Shown here piece after piece: positions 1 to 13,011 of a stretch of 64,000 bases of DNA. Under the pieces are notes generated by a model. That model was given only the letters and a program-made list of their open reading frames with translations, had not been told where the DNA came from and made no database searches. A program made the position numbers and the translations under genes. This DNA is from Eledone cirrhosa. Lineage: Eukaryota. Location of the stretch: assembly GCA_964016885.1 (NCBI GenBank), contig OZ024740.1, positions 201,314,001 through 201,378,000 on the forward strand, read 5' to 3'. Each line of letters starts with the position of its first letter. Within the stretch, counting starts at the first letter, position 1.

Positions 1-759
1 TGACGCTGTAACCCAATTAAGGGACTTCTACTCGCATCTATTCATAAGGGAGCTAACCTGCCCCCTGCCACTGTTACTGATGGCACAATGACAACGACCG
101 CATCCCCTACAGCAGGAAACCACACCAGCACTAGTAGTGACAACAAGAAGAGGCTTCAAATGCAATAACATTAAAAACACCAGCAACAGTGACATCACCT
201 TAGGACATGCTCCTCCCATTTTCGGGCTTTTCGGATATATCAAGCGCGCAAGGAGACAAAGGAGACAAAGGTGTCCCCTAAAAGGAGGGCGAGAAATGGA
301 AAAAAAACATTCCCACCCAATTGGCCGAAGAAGGCTGAAATCTACAAGTGGCACAACAATACCAACAACAACACCCAAAATACGACCATCAGAAGTAAAG
401 CGAACAATGACACATCATTAACTACACGACTATAGACACAAACAACAAAAGATTAATGAACCACATGCATTAACACAGAAGATGACGACATCACCTCAAT
501 AAATAGCAGAACAACACATACACAAATCATCAAAATATCACAAGACATATACACAAGCCTAAAAACAGATATTCGAATGGAAATAAAGATTTCCAAGGAA
601 ATCATCAAAAGGGCTCTTACAGATATCCTCATGAAAACACCCACAACTAACTGGAGGGATGAATCACCTGTCCTTTCATAGGAATAAGGTAAATGATCCT
701 TTTCTTCCTATTTATTCGACATAGCTTTATTCAGAATAGACAGCGGGAATACATGTGAA

Positions 760-1035
760 CCTGAATGTCCGCAGCACAAGTTTTCGCAACCACCTTCAGC
801 GGCTCTGAGGTGTACACATCTCCAAGACCCCCGTGATTTGGGAGGTAGAATTGCTGTGTTGTTTTGGAAAAATCTTGAATCGCGATATTGACAATCTTTC
901 CAAACCCAGAAGGTAAGTCGGTGGTACTGGGTGACCAACAGTGATGTCTATGCCTTCAGACTAGTAGCCGTCTACACTCCGACATTGCCGGAAAGGGCAG
1001 ATTTCTTCAGGCGTCTAGAGACCTTTCTCACATGT
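760..1035 (+). pseudogene. Decayed L1/Tx1-type LINE endonuclease (APE) fragment
   Basis: Translation FRLVAVYTPTLPERADFFRRLETFL resembles the APE 'vYaP...er..Ff' segment. The DNA aligns by eye with the start of the LINE remnant at 60325-60545. Confidence 0.55.
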
Positions 1036-1084
1036 ATGGTCGACATATATAGGCTTCGTAGGCAGGGACCCATAGGCAGTATCG

Positions 1085-1272
1085 GTATGGCGTCGGACAA
1101 CATGTTTGGTGGCACAGAGATACGGCCCTTTACGTTCTGTGTTCAAATCCCACCGAGCTTTGCCTTTCATCCTTACAGGGTCGATAAAATAAAGTTCCAG
1201 TAATGAATTGGGTCGGTTTAGTCGACTTCCACCGCCCTCAAAATTGCTGACCTTGTGCCTAAATCAGAAATA

Positions 1273-1273
<1 letters not shown>
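1085..1273 (+). mobile_element. SINE with Deu/Nin-like central domain
   Basis: B-box-like GTTCAAATCC followed by GCCTTTCATCCTTACAGGGTCGATAAAATAAAGT. Same family as 16773-16962 and 49095-49290. Ends in (GTT)n. Confidence 0.7.
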
Positions 1274-1334
<61 letters not shown>

Positions 1335-1715
1335 CATTATTATTTTCTTTTTCATCTACCCGAAAACAAAGTCCTAGAACAACAACATCAGTGCAACATC
1401 AGTAACGACAACAACAGCAGCAACAGCAACACCAACAACAGCAACTGCAAAAACATCAACAACAAGAGTAACAACAACAGTAACAACAACAAGAGTAACA
1501 ACAACAACAAGAGTAACAACAACAAGAGTAACAACAATAGTAACAACAACAACAACAGTAACAACAACAACAGTAACAACAACAACAGTAACAACAACAG
1601 TAACAACAACAGTAACAACAACAAGAGTAACAACAACAAGAGTAACAACAACAAGAGTAACAACAACAACAGTAACAACAACAGTAACAACAACAACAGT
1701 AACAACAGTAGCAGT
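1274..1715. repeat. (GTT)n and compound (ACA/GTA)n microsatellites
   Basis: Directly visible trinucleotide runs. Confidence 0.95.
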
Positions 1716-2232
1716 AATATTGGCTGTGTTGTTCACAATTGTTTTCTTCTTTCCAATAGTCTCCAGTTAGTCAAAACAATAGTAACAACATTGCCAAACT
1801 TTGTACGATTTGTTTGTTTCGCTCGGACAAACTGCCGACATCTTTTATCAACATGAAAAGCTTCTTTCTGCCTAATACTTTTATGTCGAACGTTTTGGTT
1901 GCTGTCCGACCATATCCTGATTTTCATCCTCATCATCTTCTTTTTTTTCTCCTCATCCTCATTGTCATAGTCTTCTTCTTCTTCTTCTTCTTGATGTTGC
2001 CCTAATTTTATGCGTATATATATATATATATATATATATAATCATATGTATATGTGTGTGTGTGAGTAGGTATATATCATATGTGTGTATATATATATAT
2101 ATGTGTGTGTGTGTAAACATATATATATATACACACACACATACGTACATATATATATATGTATATAGATAGATAGATAGATAGATAGATATATATGTGT
2201 CTGTGTGTGTATACATATATATATATATATGT

Positions 2233-2267
<35 letters not shown>

Positions 2268-2361
2268 AGTCGATCGACTTTCGTCAAATCGGACCGAGGG
2301 AACAATGTTTCCGTTGGTCTTTCCAATTGCTAATACTATCTATCGGTCGCAACTCCAGGTA

Positions 2362-2484
2362 GAAGGAGCAACGTGAAATAAAGTGTCTTGCCCAAGGACA
2401 TAACGCATCGCCTGGTCCAGGAATCGAACTCACAACCTTATGATTGCGAATCCAATTCTCTAACCACTCAGCCACACGCCTTCA

Positions 2485-2485
<1 letters not shown>
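2362..2485 (-). mobile_element. tRNA-derived SINE (5' part)
   Basis: Minus strand reads GGCGTGTGGCTGAGTGGTTAGAG (A box) ... GTTCGATTCC (B box) ... GTCCTTGGGCAAGACACTT (CORE-like). Related to 6215-6492 and 43305-43406. Confidence 0.75.
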
Positions 2486-2538
<53 letters not shown>

Positions 2539-2811
2539 TACATACATATATATATATCCATATATATACATACATACATATATATATATATATCCATATA
2601 TATACATACATACATATTTATACATACATACATATATATATATATCCATATATACGGATATATATATAATCAGATGTATATGTGTGTGTGAGTAGGTATA
2701 TATTATATATATATATATATATACATATGTATATATATGTATATATATATATGTATGTATGTATATATATATATGATATATACCTACTCACACACATATA
2801 TATATACATAT

Positions 2812-2852
<41 letters not shown>

Positions 2853-3054
2853 CGTAGGTCCCGGGTTGAGTCGGGGATAACCACAGTAAGTAAGGTACTC
2901 AATACATGGCAGAGTAAATTTTTTTTTATTTTATAGAAGGAGCTTCTACAGGACTAGTACTGTTTCATTCAGATGAAATCTTCAGATGAAAGCTTCCTGA
3001 AGATTTCATCTGAATGAAACAGTACTAGTCCTGTAGAAGCTCCTTCTATAAACT

Positions 3055-3060
<6 letters not shown>
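2853..3060. mobile_element. Penelope-type pLTR/retrozyme fragment forming a 56-bp-arm palindrome in (TA)n
   Basis: Arms 2930-2985 and 2997-3052 are exact reverse complements. Each has CTGAAGA-ttca tc tgaa-GAAAC...GTC (hammerhead core lacking the stem I 5' strand). Flanked by (TA)n on both sides. Confidence 0.6.
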
Positions 3061-3118
<58 letters not shown>

Positions 3119-3419
3119 TATATATTGATATATATTTATAAGTTTGTATTTGAATTTATCATTATATGTATTATCTTTATAATTTCGGTTTTGGTTCTCA
3201 AGTTGCGCTGACATGTGTTAACTCTTTTAGCATTTCAACAGTAATACTGAAGATAATCTGCAAACAGGTTGAAAGCACATGCCGATAAATACACACAGAT
3301 GTGTCACTACATATCTACAAACACACCTGCAGTTATTTGCGTATGTACGTACACTTTGTTGTGTTTGTGAGTCTGTGTGTGTGTGTGCTTCTGTGTTTAT
3401 GTGTGTCCACCTGCTTGCT

Positions 3420-3429
3420 AAATATATAC

Positions 3430-3515
<86 letters not shown>

Positions 3516-3562
3516 ATGTATATATATATATGTATATATGTATATGTATATATATATATATG

Positions 3563-3593
<31 letters not shown>

Positions 3594-3750
3594 GTATATA
3601 TGTATATGTGTATATATATATATATGTATATATGTATATGTGTATATATATATATATGTATATATGTATATGTGTATATATATATATATGTTTGTGTGTA
3701 TATATGTGTGTGTGTATGTTTATATATATATATGTATGTATGTATATGTA

Positions 3751-3781
<31 letters not shown>

Positions 3782-3823
3782 CTACATATATATATATGTG
3801 TGTATATATGTATGTATATGTAT

Positions 3824-3885
<62 letters not shown>

Positions 3886-3960
3886 GTATATATGTATACA
3901 TATATATATATTTGTGTATATATGTATGTATATGTATATATATATATATGTATATGTATG

Positions 3961-4022
<62 letters not shown>

Positions 4023-4068
4023 TGCATGTGTGTATATATATATATATATACACATATATGCATATGTG

Positions 4069-4132
<64 letters not shown>

Positions 4133-4137
4133 CATAT

Positions 4138-4220
<83 letters not shown>

Positions 4221-4254
4221 CATATATATATACATACATACATACATACATACA

Positions 4255-4290
<36 letters not shown>

Positions 4291-4295
4291 TATAC
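3420..4295. repeat. Long compound (TA)n/(TATG)n/(TACA)n microsatellite
   Basis: Directly visible; explains the YI/IY ORFs. Confidence 0.97.
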
Positions 4296-4384
4296 TTATA
4301 TTCTGCAGCACTGGATACTTCTCCTGCAAATATTCTATCGGAAAAGACAAGACTGACGTGAAAGCATTTCAAAATCGGATTACT

Positions 4385-4538
4385 GCCGACCACAGCCCCT
4401 CCCCTTCCACCTCACTTATCCAAGCCGACCACAGCCCCTCCCTTCCACCTCACTTATCCAAGCCGACCACAGCCCCTCCCCTTCCACCTCACTTATCCAA
4501 GCCGACCACAGCCCCTCCCTTCCACCTCACTTATCCAA
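4385..4538. repeat. 38-39-bp minisatellite, 4 copies
   Basis: GCCGACCACAGCCCCTCCCCTTCCACCTCACTTATCCAA at 4385, 4424, 4462 and 4501. Confidence 0.9.
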
Positions 4539-4806
4539 AACAAACAGATTATCCACCGAAAAGTTTCAACTAAATGTCTATATACCAGCAAAAACTTTTC
4601 CCTCGCCACTTATTTAGACTTGTTTTGGTGTTACTGTTGTTGTTGTTGCTATCATTGTTGGTGGTGGAGGGAGGATGGTGACGCGGGGGGGGGGGGGGGG
4701 TATGGTGGTGGTGGTGGTGGTGCTGGTGCTGGTAGAGATGGTGTTATTTGCTTTTATTTGGCTATCTTTACATACGTACGTTACATAGATATATGCATAC
4801 ATGCAG

Positions 4807-4854
<48 letters not shown>

Positions 4855-4898
4855 ATATAAACATAAATAAATATGTTTGTGTGCATTCATATATAAAA

Positions 4899-4965
<67 letters not shown>

Positions 4966-5101
4966 CATATATATATATACATATATATATATATGTATGT
5001 ATATATATATACATATATACACACACATACACATACAAACATATATATGTGTGTGTGTGTACATATATGTGTACATATATATATACACTTGTACACATAC
5101 A

Positions 5102-5161
<60 letters not shown>

Positions 5162-5162
5162 T

Positions 5163-5237
<75 letters not shown>

Positions 5238-5754
5238 CATTACCTTCCTATTCTTTCCTTTTCCCCTCCCACTTCCCTCTCTCCCTCTCCTTATATCTTC
5301 TGATCACCACCACGTTATATGCAACTCCCTCCCCCTCTTCTTGCCTTCTTTTCACGCCACTTAGTTCGCTTGTCCACTTTCACTTTAACGGTCAAACATT
5401 TATTTCATAGGATGAAGCCGTACGGAACAGACCTGTTCTCTAACTTGGTGGTCGATGTAACACTTTTCTTATCTCATTCTCATTTCTTTCTTCTTTTACC
5501 CTACTTCGATAAAGGGTTTAACACGATCCATTAAACGTCAGATCCATTTTTTTTTTATTTTCATTCGGTGTAAATATATCCATTGTACATATTTTTATGT
5601 TTTTCTGCAAATATTTTGTCCACCAGGAGACTTATCTTTTCACATTGTTACCATGTTTTCGTCTCTCACACTGTTCAAATGTCTCTTTCATCTTATTTCC
5701 TTCGATCTATTTGTGTCGTTTTAACTGTATATACATATATGCATATGTGGAGAG

Positions 5755-5827
<73 letters not shown>

Positions 5828-5852
5828 CAGAGACACAATGAGAGAGAGAGAC

Positions 5853-5882
<30 letters not shown>

Positions 5883-5883
<1 letters not shown>

Positions 5884-6175
5884 GGTTCTGCTGCACGTCG
5901 GGCTGAGGGGGCCAAACTCCTCAAATACCGGTCGCTCTCCGACAGGTTTGCGGTCGTTCCTCTGGCAGTGGAAACTTCTGGTGTCCTCGGCCCCAGGGCT
6001 ACCTCCTTATTCACCACCATAGGCGCTGAGCTGGTGTGAGCCCCGCGAGTTGGAGTGGCTTTTCCAGCGCGTCTCCCTTGCCGTCCTTCGGGGAAACGCC
6101 TTCTCCATTCTGTCCGCCGGGGCTGTGGGTGGGCCCCATCGCGTACCAATACATTAGTTAAATACCATTCTTTCA
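5883..6175 (+). pseudogene. 3' fragment of CRE-like (RLE endonuclease) non-LTR retrotransposon
   Basis: Translates GSAARRAEGAKLLKYRSLSDRFAVVPLAVETSGVLG (K..KY and PLAVET.G motifs of RLE domains). Paralogous to 41943-42270. Confidence 0.7.
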
Positions 6176-6214
6176 ACTTAAACAAAGCAGAGTTATGAAT
6201 TGATTCTCAGTGCA

Positions 6215-6492
6215 GTCTGTCTTAAGCCAGAAGGCTCATTTGGCCGGTACTTATCCCGGTTTCATGGCGTGAAGCGACTGAGAGTACAAGACTCCCTCCT
6301 GGACAGGACGCCAGTCCATCGCAGGGTTAAACCCCCAGCTATTGCTGGTACTCATTTTTAGCTGAGTATAGTGGAGCAACATGAAATGAAGTATTTTGCT
6401 CAAGAACACAACACACAACCCAGCCGAGGAATCGAACCCACGACATTATGATTGCAAGTTTAACACCCTTACCACTAGGCCACGCGTCTCCA
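6215..6492 (-). mobile_element. tRNA-derived SINE, near full length
   Basis: Minus strand reads GGAGACGCGTGGCCTAGTGG ... GGTTCGATTCC ... TTCTTGAGCAAAATACTT ... AACCCTGCGATGGACTGGCGTCCTGTCCAGG. Confidence 0.75.
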
Positions 6493-6623
6493 TGTTAATA
6501 GATAAAGAGTGACGGACATATTTTCTCTTCTGTCGGCTACTTTTATTTATTTATTTTTAATTTCAACAGACTATTTAAAACAAAAACTTCAAACTATTTA
6601 GCTGTGTAGTATAGTTTTATGAG

Positions 6624-6642
6624 GCATTGTGGGATATGTAGT
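6624..6642 (-). promoter_or_regulatory. ZNF143/Staf-type composite motif (ACTACAnnTCCCAnAATGC)
   Basis: Minus strand ACTACATATCCCACAATGC matches the extended ZNF143-associated promoter motif and lies in non-repetitive DNA. Confidence 0.45.
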
Positions 6643-6758
6643 TACACATAATTTTAGAAAAAGCAAATACATTGCAAATTAGAAATAAAGTAATGAAAAT
6701 GGAAGTGAAGTAAAACAAGACAGTTTAAACTTTTAACTTATATTTCATTATATTTCAG

Positions 6759-6857
6759 GGTTAAAATCCCTTTTTCAAAAGAAAGAAAAATGGTGGTCTC
6801 AAGCAAGACTCCTTGGCACAGATACGTGTTCGAAGAAGCGGTGGCACTTACTAACTG
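6759..6857 (+). other. Candidate 99-bp exon of an unidentified gene
   Basis: Pyrimidine-rich acceptor ...TATTTCAG| and donor |GTATGT. Two frames are open, e.g. VKIPFSKERKMVVSSKTPWHRYVFEEAVALTN. No recognisable homology. Confidence 0.25.
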
Positions 6858-7726
6858 GTATGTTACAATAGCCAATGAGCTTCATTTAATTCGTGTTTGC
6901 TGTTAATAGCAGGCTTTAATTTATTAATGAGGATTACATATTTATTTAACTCCGTGGTGAATTTGATGTATTGGTTGAGGCATTTCTGAAGAGGGTTCTT
7001 AACAGAAGAAGCGCTTGTATGGATCTTCTTTAATCTGAATATGTAGTTTGCGATTAACGCTTTCAATGTATACAGCAAGTAAGGCCTTGAGCGCATTTCC
7101 CCATGATTGATGATACAATGAGATAGTGTGTGTAGATAGCTACTACAAACACACACATTTTTGGGTGGGAATGGGTGGAAAATATCATCACCAACACCAC
7201 CACCACTACTACTATAATCATAACTACCACCACCACCATTACCACAACAACAACAAGAACAACAACAACAACAACGGGGTTCATTACTGAACTGTTATGT
7301 ATATTAAACAGAAATAATCAATTATTTGTGCTATAAAAACTGTAAATACTGTCAAAATCAATTAGTGTCTACTGGAGCAAAACGTGACATTGATAACATT
7401 TAATATGAACGTATGTGGTTGTATACGTGTGTAGGCATGTGTTAGTGTTAGTGAGTGAGTGTGTGTGCGTGTGTGTGTGTGTCCATACGTGCATGTGTAT
7501 CTACTAGACCGAAATACGACATTTATAATATTCACGTGTGTAGGAGTGTATGTGTGTGTGTGTTATGTGAGTTAACTGGAGTGTTGGTGGGTACTAGAGC
7601 AGAACATATTTAGAATAACATTAAGTAAATATATGTTTAGGTATGTGTGTGTATGTGCGCGTGTAGATATACATGTGAATATGTATTGCCTATGTATATT
7701 TATATATATATATATATATATATATG

Positions 7727-8518
<792 letters not shown>

Positions 8519-8740
8519 GACTCAGGCGTAGCTGAGTGGCTAAGAAATTCGCTTCAAATTCGTGTCACATGTTGAAGAATGGCTGTTAGATAAGTGAAGA
8601 TAAAGTAGCTTGTTAAGCAAGTTTCAAAGGAACTGTATGTAGATTGAGAAAGAATGTAAAATAGAAAAAGCATGCGAATATGAAGATTATTGTTCCTACA
8701 TTGGGACGGTGTTGCTGCCGCACATACAGGCATTCTAGAC

Positions 8741-8939
8741 CAGGCATATCAAACATGCGGCCCTTTACAAGCACACCTGCGGCCCGCAGAAAGGTTTTTA
8801 CAGCGCGAGAATGCTTTATCTTCGTAATATAAAATTTTAAAATAATTATAATGTGCGCAATTAGTTGTCGTGTGTGACTCTCAGACAACAAATATGTGAC
8901 CCATGTGGCCCTCGGGCAATCCTCAGTTTGACATGCCTG
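8741..8939. mobile_element. hAT (Charlie-like) MITE
   Basis: TIRs CAGGCATATCAAAC / GTTTGACATGCCTG, internal GCGGCCC motifs, exact 8-bp TSD TTCTAGAC. Confidence 0.88.
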
Positions 8940-9569
8940 TTCTAGACTGCATCCAGGAAGAGCTGATTAGACACGCTTCAACCTCTGGCTTACAGACGTT
9001 CTGCCTCTTCCTTCTGGTTTTTCTTGTGCTGCTACAATGGCCTCTACTGCTCGGAACTAGATGACTTCATGCCTTCTCCACTCAGGAATTCCCACCACAC
9101 TCAACACTTTCCCCATCTCCTCGGCCATATTGTGTCCAAACTACCAGGCTCTAGACAAACCAGTTCACCTAGTTATTCATACCCAGGGATTCTCTTCTTC
9201 GACGTCTTCACTTACAGAAGTAACCATGCAAAAATTTAAGCTGTACATCAACAACACCAGTCTCGTTTGTCTCACAACGTAGAGGTTTTGGGACAGCTAC
9301 AAAAGTCAAGGGCAGTCCGTACCTCCAAACCTATTAAATAAAAGAGAATGTCGCATGAGGAGAATGTTGTTAGGCTATAACAGATGTGTGGAAGTTTGGT
9401 TCTTTAGAAGCGTAAAGGGTCACATGAGACTGGCTTACTTAGAAGAAGAAGAAGAAGAAGAAGAAGAAGAAGAAGAAGAAGAAGAAGAAGAAGAAGAAGA
9501 AGAAGAAGAAGAAGGTTTTAGTCGTGTTAATCCTCTAGAGATTCTATTCAACACTCTCTCTCCCTCCCA

Positions 9570-9694
<125 letters not shown>

Positions 9695-10336
9695 AAATGC
9701 TGCTCACATATGGATACTGCATCAGCTATATACACTCATACACACAGACACAGACAGACCCAATCACAGACGCATACATGCACACACATATACACAGACA
9801 CATACACACAGATGCATATATCAATTGAACCAAAGATATTTGTTTGAAAAGCTCACACAAAGCGAAACATACGGCCATTACCTGTAACGAATCATACACA
9901 CGTGCACACACACACACACAACACACACACACGCGCACACACACACGCACGCACACATACATATATGTGTGTGTGTGTATACTCTTTTACTCTTTTACCT
10001 GTTTCAGCCATCCGGCTGAGGCCATGCTGGGGCATGTATATAATTATATATATACACATATATGTATGTATATATATGTATATATATATACATATATATA
10101 TATATATACATGGTAGGAGGTGAGTTTTATTGTAGTACAATAAAGCAATGCAAATATCGGATAAGTAGCACTCTACAGTTTGTAGGACTGGAGTATAAAT
10201 AATATAAGATCAAAGATGGTTAAAAGAGTTCCATGTATTTTATTATGCGCATTTCAAAAACAAATATCATCATCAACATATTGATTTAAAACTTCACTAT
10301 TCACAAGTGTTTTTTAACCTTCATATCATGTATCCC

Positions 10337-10407
10337 TATTTTATCTGACGAAAACGCAAATGTCATCTCATGATGATATTTGTTTTTGAAATGCGCATAA
10401 TAAAATA
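10337..10407 (+). ncRNA. Type I hammerhead ribozyme
   Basis: TATTTTAT-CTGACGA-AAAC...GTTTT-GAAA-TGCGCA-TA-ATAAAATA. 8-bp stem I, palindromic stem III ATGCGCAT, AUA triplet. Confidence 0.8.
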
Positions 10408-10437
10408 CTTGGAACTCTTTTAACCATCTGCTGATCT

Positions 10438-10512
<75 letters not shown>

Positions 10513-10635
10513 GGAGGTGAGTTTTATTGTAGTACAATAAAGCAATGCAGATATCGGATAAGAAGCACTCTACAGTTTGTAGGACTGGAGTATACATAAT
10601 ATATAAGATCAAAAGATGGTTAAATGAGTTCCATG

Positions 10636-10706
10636 TATTTTATTATGCGCATTTCAAAAACAAATATCATCATGCAATAACATTTGTGTTTTCATCAGAT
10701 AAAATA
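10636..10706 (-). ncRNA. Type I hammerhead ribozyme (inverted copy)
   Basis: Reverse complement of 10796-10866. Confidence 0.82.
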
Positions 10707-10795
10707 GGAGGACATGATATGAAGGTTAAAAAACACTTGTGGATTTAAAACTGCACTATCCACAAGTGTTTTTTAACCTTCATATCATGTGCTCC

Positions 10796-10866
10796 TATTT
10801 TATCTGATGAAAACACAAATGTTATTGCATGATGATATTTGTTTTTGAAATGCGCATAATAAAATA
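10796..10866 (+). ncRNA. Type I hammerhead ribozyme
   Basis: TATTTTAT-CTGATGA-AAACACAAATGTTATT...GATGATATTTGTTTTT-GAAATGCGCATA-ATAAAATA. Confidence 0.85.
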
Positions 10867-10894
10867 CATGGAACTCATTTAACCATCTTTTGAT

Positions 10895-10965
<71 letters not shown>

Positions 10966-10969
<4 letters not shown>

Positions 10970-11320
10970 GTTATATTTAATTTATTGGGATAAAACAAGC
11001 AAAATATTTTTATAACTGATATAAAGCACTCAACAAATTAATTTGAGTAAATATACAATATATTAACAAATTGTAACTATGTTTATAAAACCATATTTAT
11101 TTCATTATACATATTTCAAGGGCCACCAACTATCCGGGAGACTCCAACCGTGAAGGTTACATTTTTCAGGGTATGTCACTATTTATTCATAAAACTAATC
11201 TATATTATATTTTATCTGATGAAAGCGCACCATATTCTGCCTTGGTGGCCCTTTAAATATGTATAATGAAATAAATATGGTTTTATAAATATAGTTTCCA
11301 TTTGTTAATATATTGTATAT
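10966..11320. mobile_element. Penelope-type element with ~80-bp inverted arms and decayed hammerhead (11208-11273, +)
   Basis: TATTTTAT-CTGATGA-AAGCGCACC...GGTGGCCCTT-TAAATATGTATA-ATGAAATA. The inverted arm (11106-11129) retains the ancestral GAAA. Flanked by (TA)n. Confidence 0.65.
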
Positions 11321-11337
11321 ATATATATATATATATG

Positions 11338-11375
<38 letters not shown>

Positions 11376-11563
11376 GGTTTGTTGGTTCACCACTGGATAG
11401 AACTGGTCTTTCCGTATGGTCAACCTCGATGTAATATAATGGAGAGCCCTCGACGTAATGCAACTCACCCGTCTTCGTTTGTGTAGTTGGTGGTGCGAGT
11501 ACGGAGTTAATTATTATGAAATAACAGGAGGCTGGACTGGTTTAATTCCTTATAAGGTTTATT

Positions 11564-11621
11564 ATACTATGCTCATTTCAATGACCGGATTCAGTATGAA
11601 TCCGGTGACATCATCAGGTAT
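11564..11621 (-). ncRNA. Type I hammerhead ribozyme within a ~360-bp (TA)n-flanked element (11375-11735)
   Basis: Minus strand: ATAC-CTGATGA-tgtcACCGGATTCA-tac-TGAATCCGGTcatt-GAAATGAGCATA-GTAT. Confidence 0.75.
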
Positions 11622-11734
11622 TCGAAATATAACAAAGGAATATAATAGACAAAATCCATGGGGCTGAAAATCAGAGACATGAGGGCAGCCGACCATTTAG
11701 CAGCTTCTAGCCCAGTCAACCGCCCTCAAGTATA

Positions 11735-11846
<112 letters not shown>

Positions 11847-11848
11847 AT

Positions 11849-11979
<131 letters not shown>

Positions 11980-13011
11980 ATTAAATAACAGATTATTATT
12001 ATTACTATCTACTTATATATATAACCACCAATTTCTCTGTCTGTCTGTCCGACAGTGGAAACACGTGCGTGGAGAGAGAGTGAGAGTGAAAGAAAGAGAC
12101 AGACTACGAGAGGGGGATAGCGGGTGGAAGAGAGGGAGAGAGAGAGGGTGAATAGACGCTAAAACACGTGCTACAGAAATATTACCTTCCCCTTCCTTTC
12201 TCCACTTTGGTACTACCAAGAGAAACACTGTCGCTATAGAAACATTACCTTCCCCTCTCCACTGACTTTGGTCACTGAGGCCGAGGAAATCGCTGGTTGC
12301 TATAGAGACACCTTGCACAAGCCAGAAGTAACCAGTTCGAGGCGGTTCTGACTTGACACCATGCGAAGAAGGTTTCCATTGAATTTATGGTTTGAAGAAG
12401 GTTGCCATTGAATTTGTGGTTGTTGCTGCTGATAATAAGGACCATTTGAAGAAGGTTGCTGCTGATGAGGTAATTTATTAATCAGATTGCGCAGTTCCAT
12501 AACCTACGTTTGATTTGTTCAATTTTTTTCTTCATTTTTTTTTTGTTGTTTTTTTTTTATTTCTTATTGAAAAAATATAAATAATAAAATAAGGTTAGAA
12601 ATTTAAATACAATTAAATACGATTTAATTTCCATTTCCAGCAGCCAATGTCCAGTGTTCAATTTCATGAAAAAATTGGAAATAATTCAAAAAATTGAAGT
12701 TTAACTTTTGAACATTTGTTTTGACAATAAAAAAATATTTCCTTATTCACACCTAATGGTATGATTAAAATTTCATAGGAATATTTGTTTCTAACCGCCA
12801 GTTATTTATTTTCTCCTTTTCCGTTTTAACATATATTTATTTCAAAGATTTCACCGTATAGATAACATATATATTTATAGATGCATAAAAGACACACCGA
12901 GAGACGGTGAACATGTGGTGCCGAAAACATTTCTCATCCAAATCTCAACAATATCAGTATATACACTAGATTTGCTAGCAGAAAACCGCCCACCGGGTGG
13001 TTTTCTGCTAG

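Larger units (their letters stand above)
10112..10899. mobile_element. Two adjacent copies (10112-10443, 10510-10899) of a hammerhead-bearing Penelope-type element, each with internal inversion
   Basis: Both copies begin GTAGGAGGTGAGTTTTATTGTAG and are separated and flanked by (TA)n. The second copy has ~145-bp inverted arms at about 10601-10744 and 10758-10899. Confidence 0.8.

Noticed and set aside
28-700. Short ORFs at the window start
   Set aside because: Possibly decayed LINE 5'/ORF1 sequence upstream of the APE fragment, but no motif is recognisable.
2265-2300. Minus-strand GAAAG-TCGATCGA-CTC, a hammerhead-like stem III next to (TA)n
   Set aside because: No CUGANGA found upstream (interrupted by a SINE); only half a motif.
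3244-3290. CTGAAGA-stem-GAAAGCACATGCCG
   Set aside because: Lacks the NUH uridine and a stem I; counted only as a decayed motif.
1374-5303. Numerous YI/IY, VC, poly-L/V ORFs (also at 11.7, 17.1, 35.8, 56 and 60 kb)
   Set aside because: Microsatellite translations.
2362-6492. tRNA-like A/B boxes at 2400-2485 and 6420-6492 (also 8523-8560 and 43305-43370)
   Set aside because: No complete cloverleaf; they continue into SINE body sequence or are truncated, so they are SINE heads, not tRNA genes.
8950-9515. Possible LINE 3' end with (GAA)n tail
   Set aside because: Too decayed to assign a family from sequence alone.
12300-12505. Gln-rich minus-strand ORF MELRNLINKLPHQQQ...
   Set aside because: Weak acceptor context, internally repetitive, no recognisable domain.
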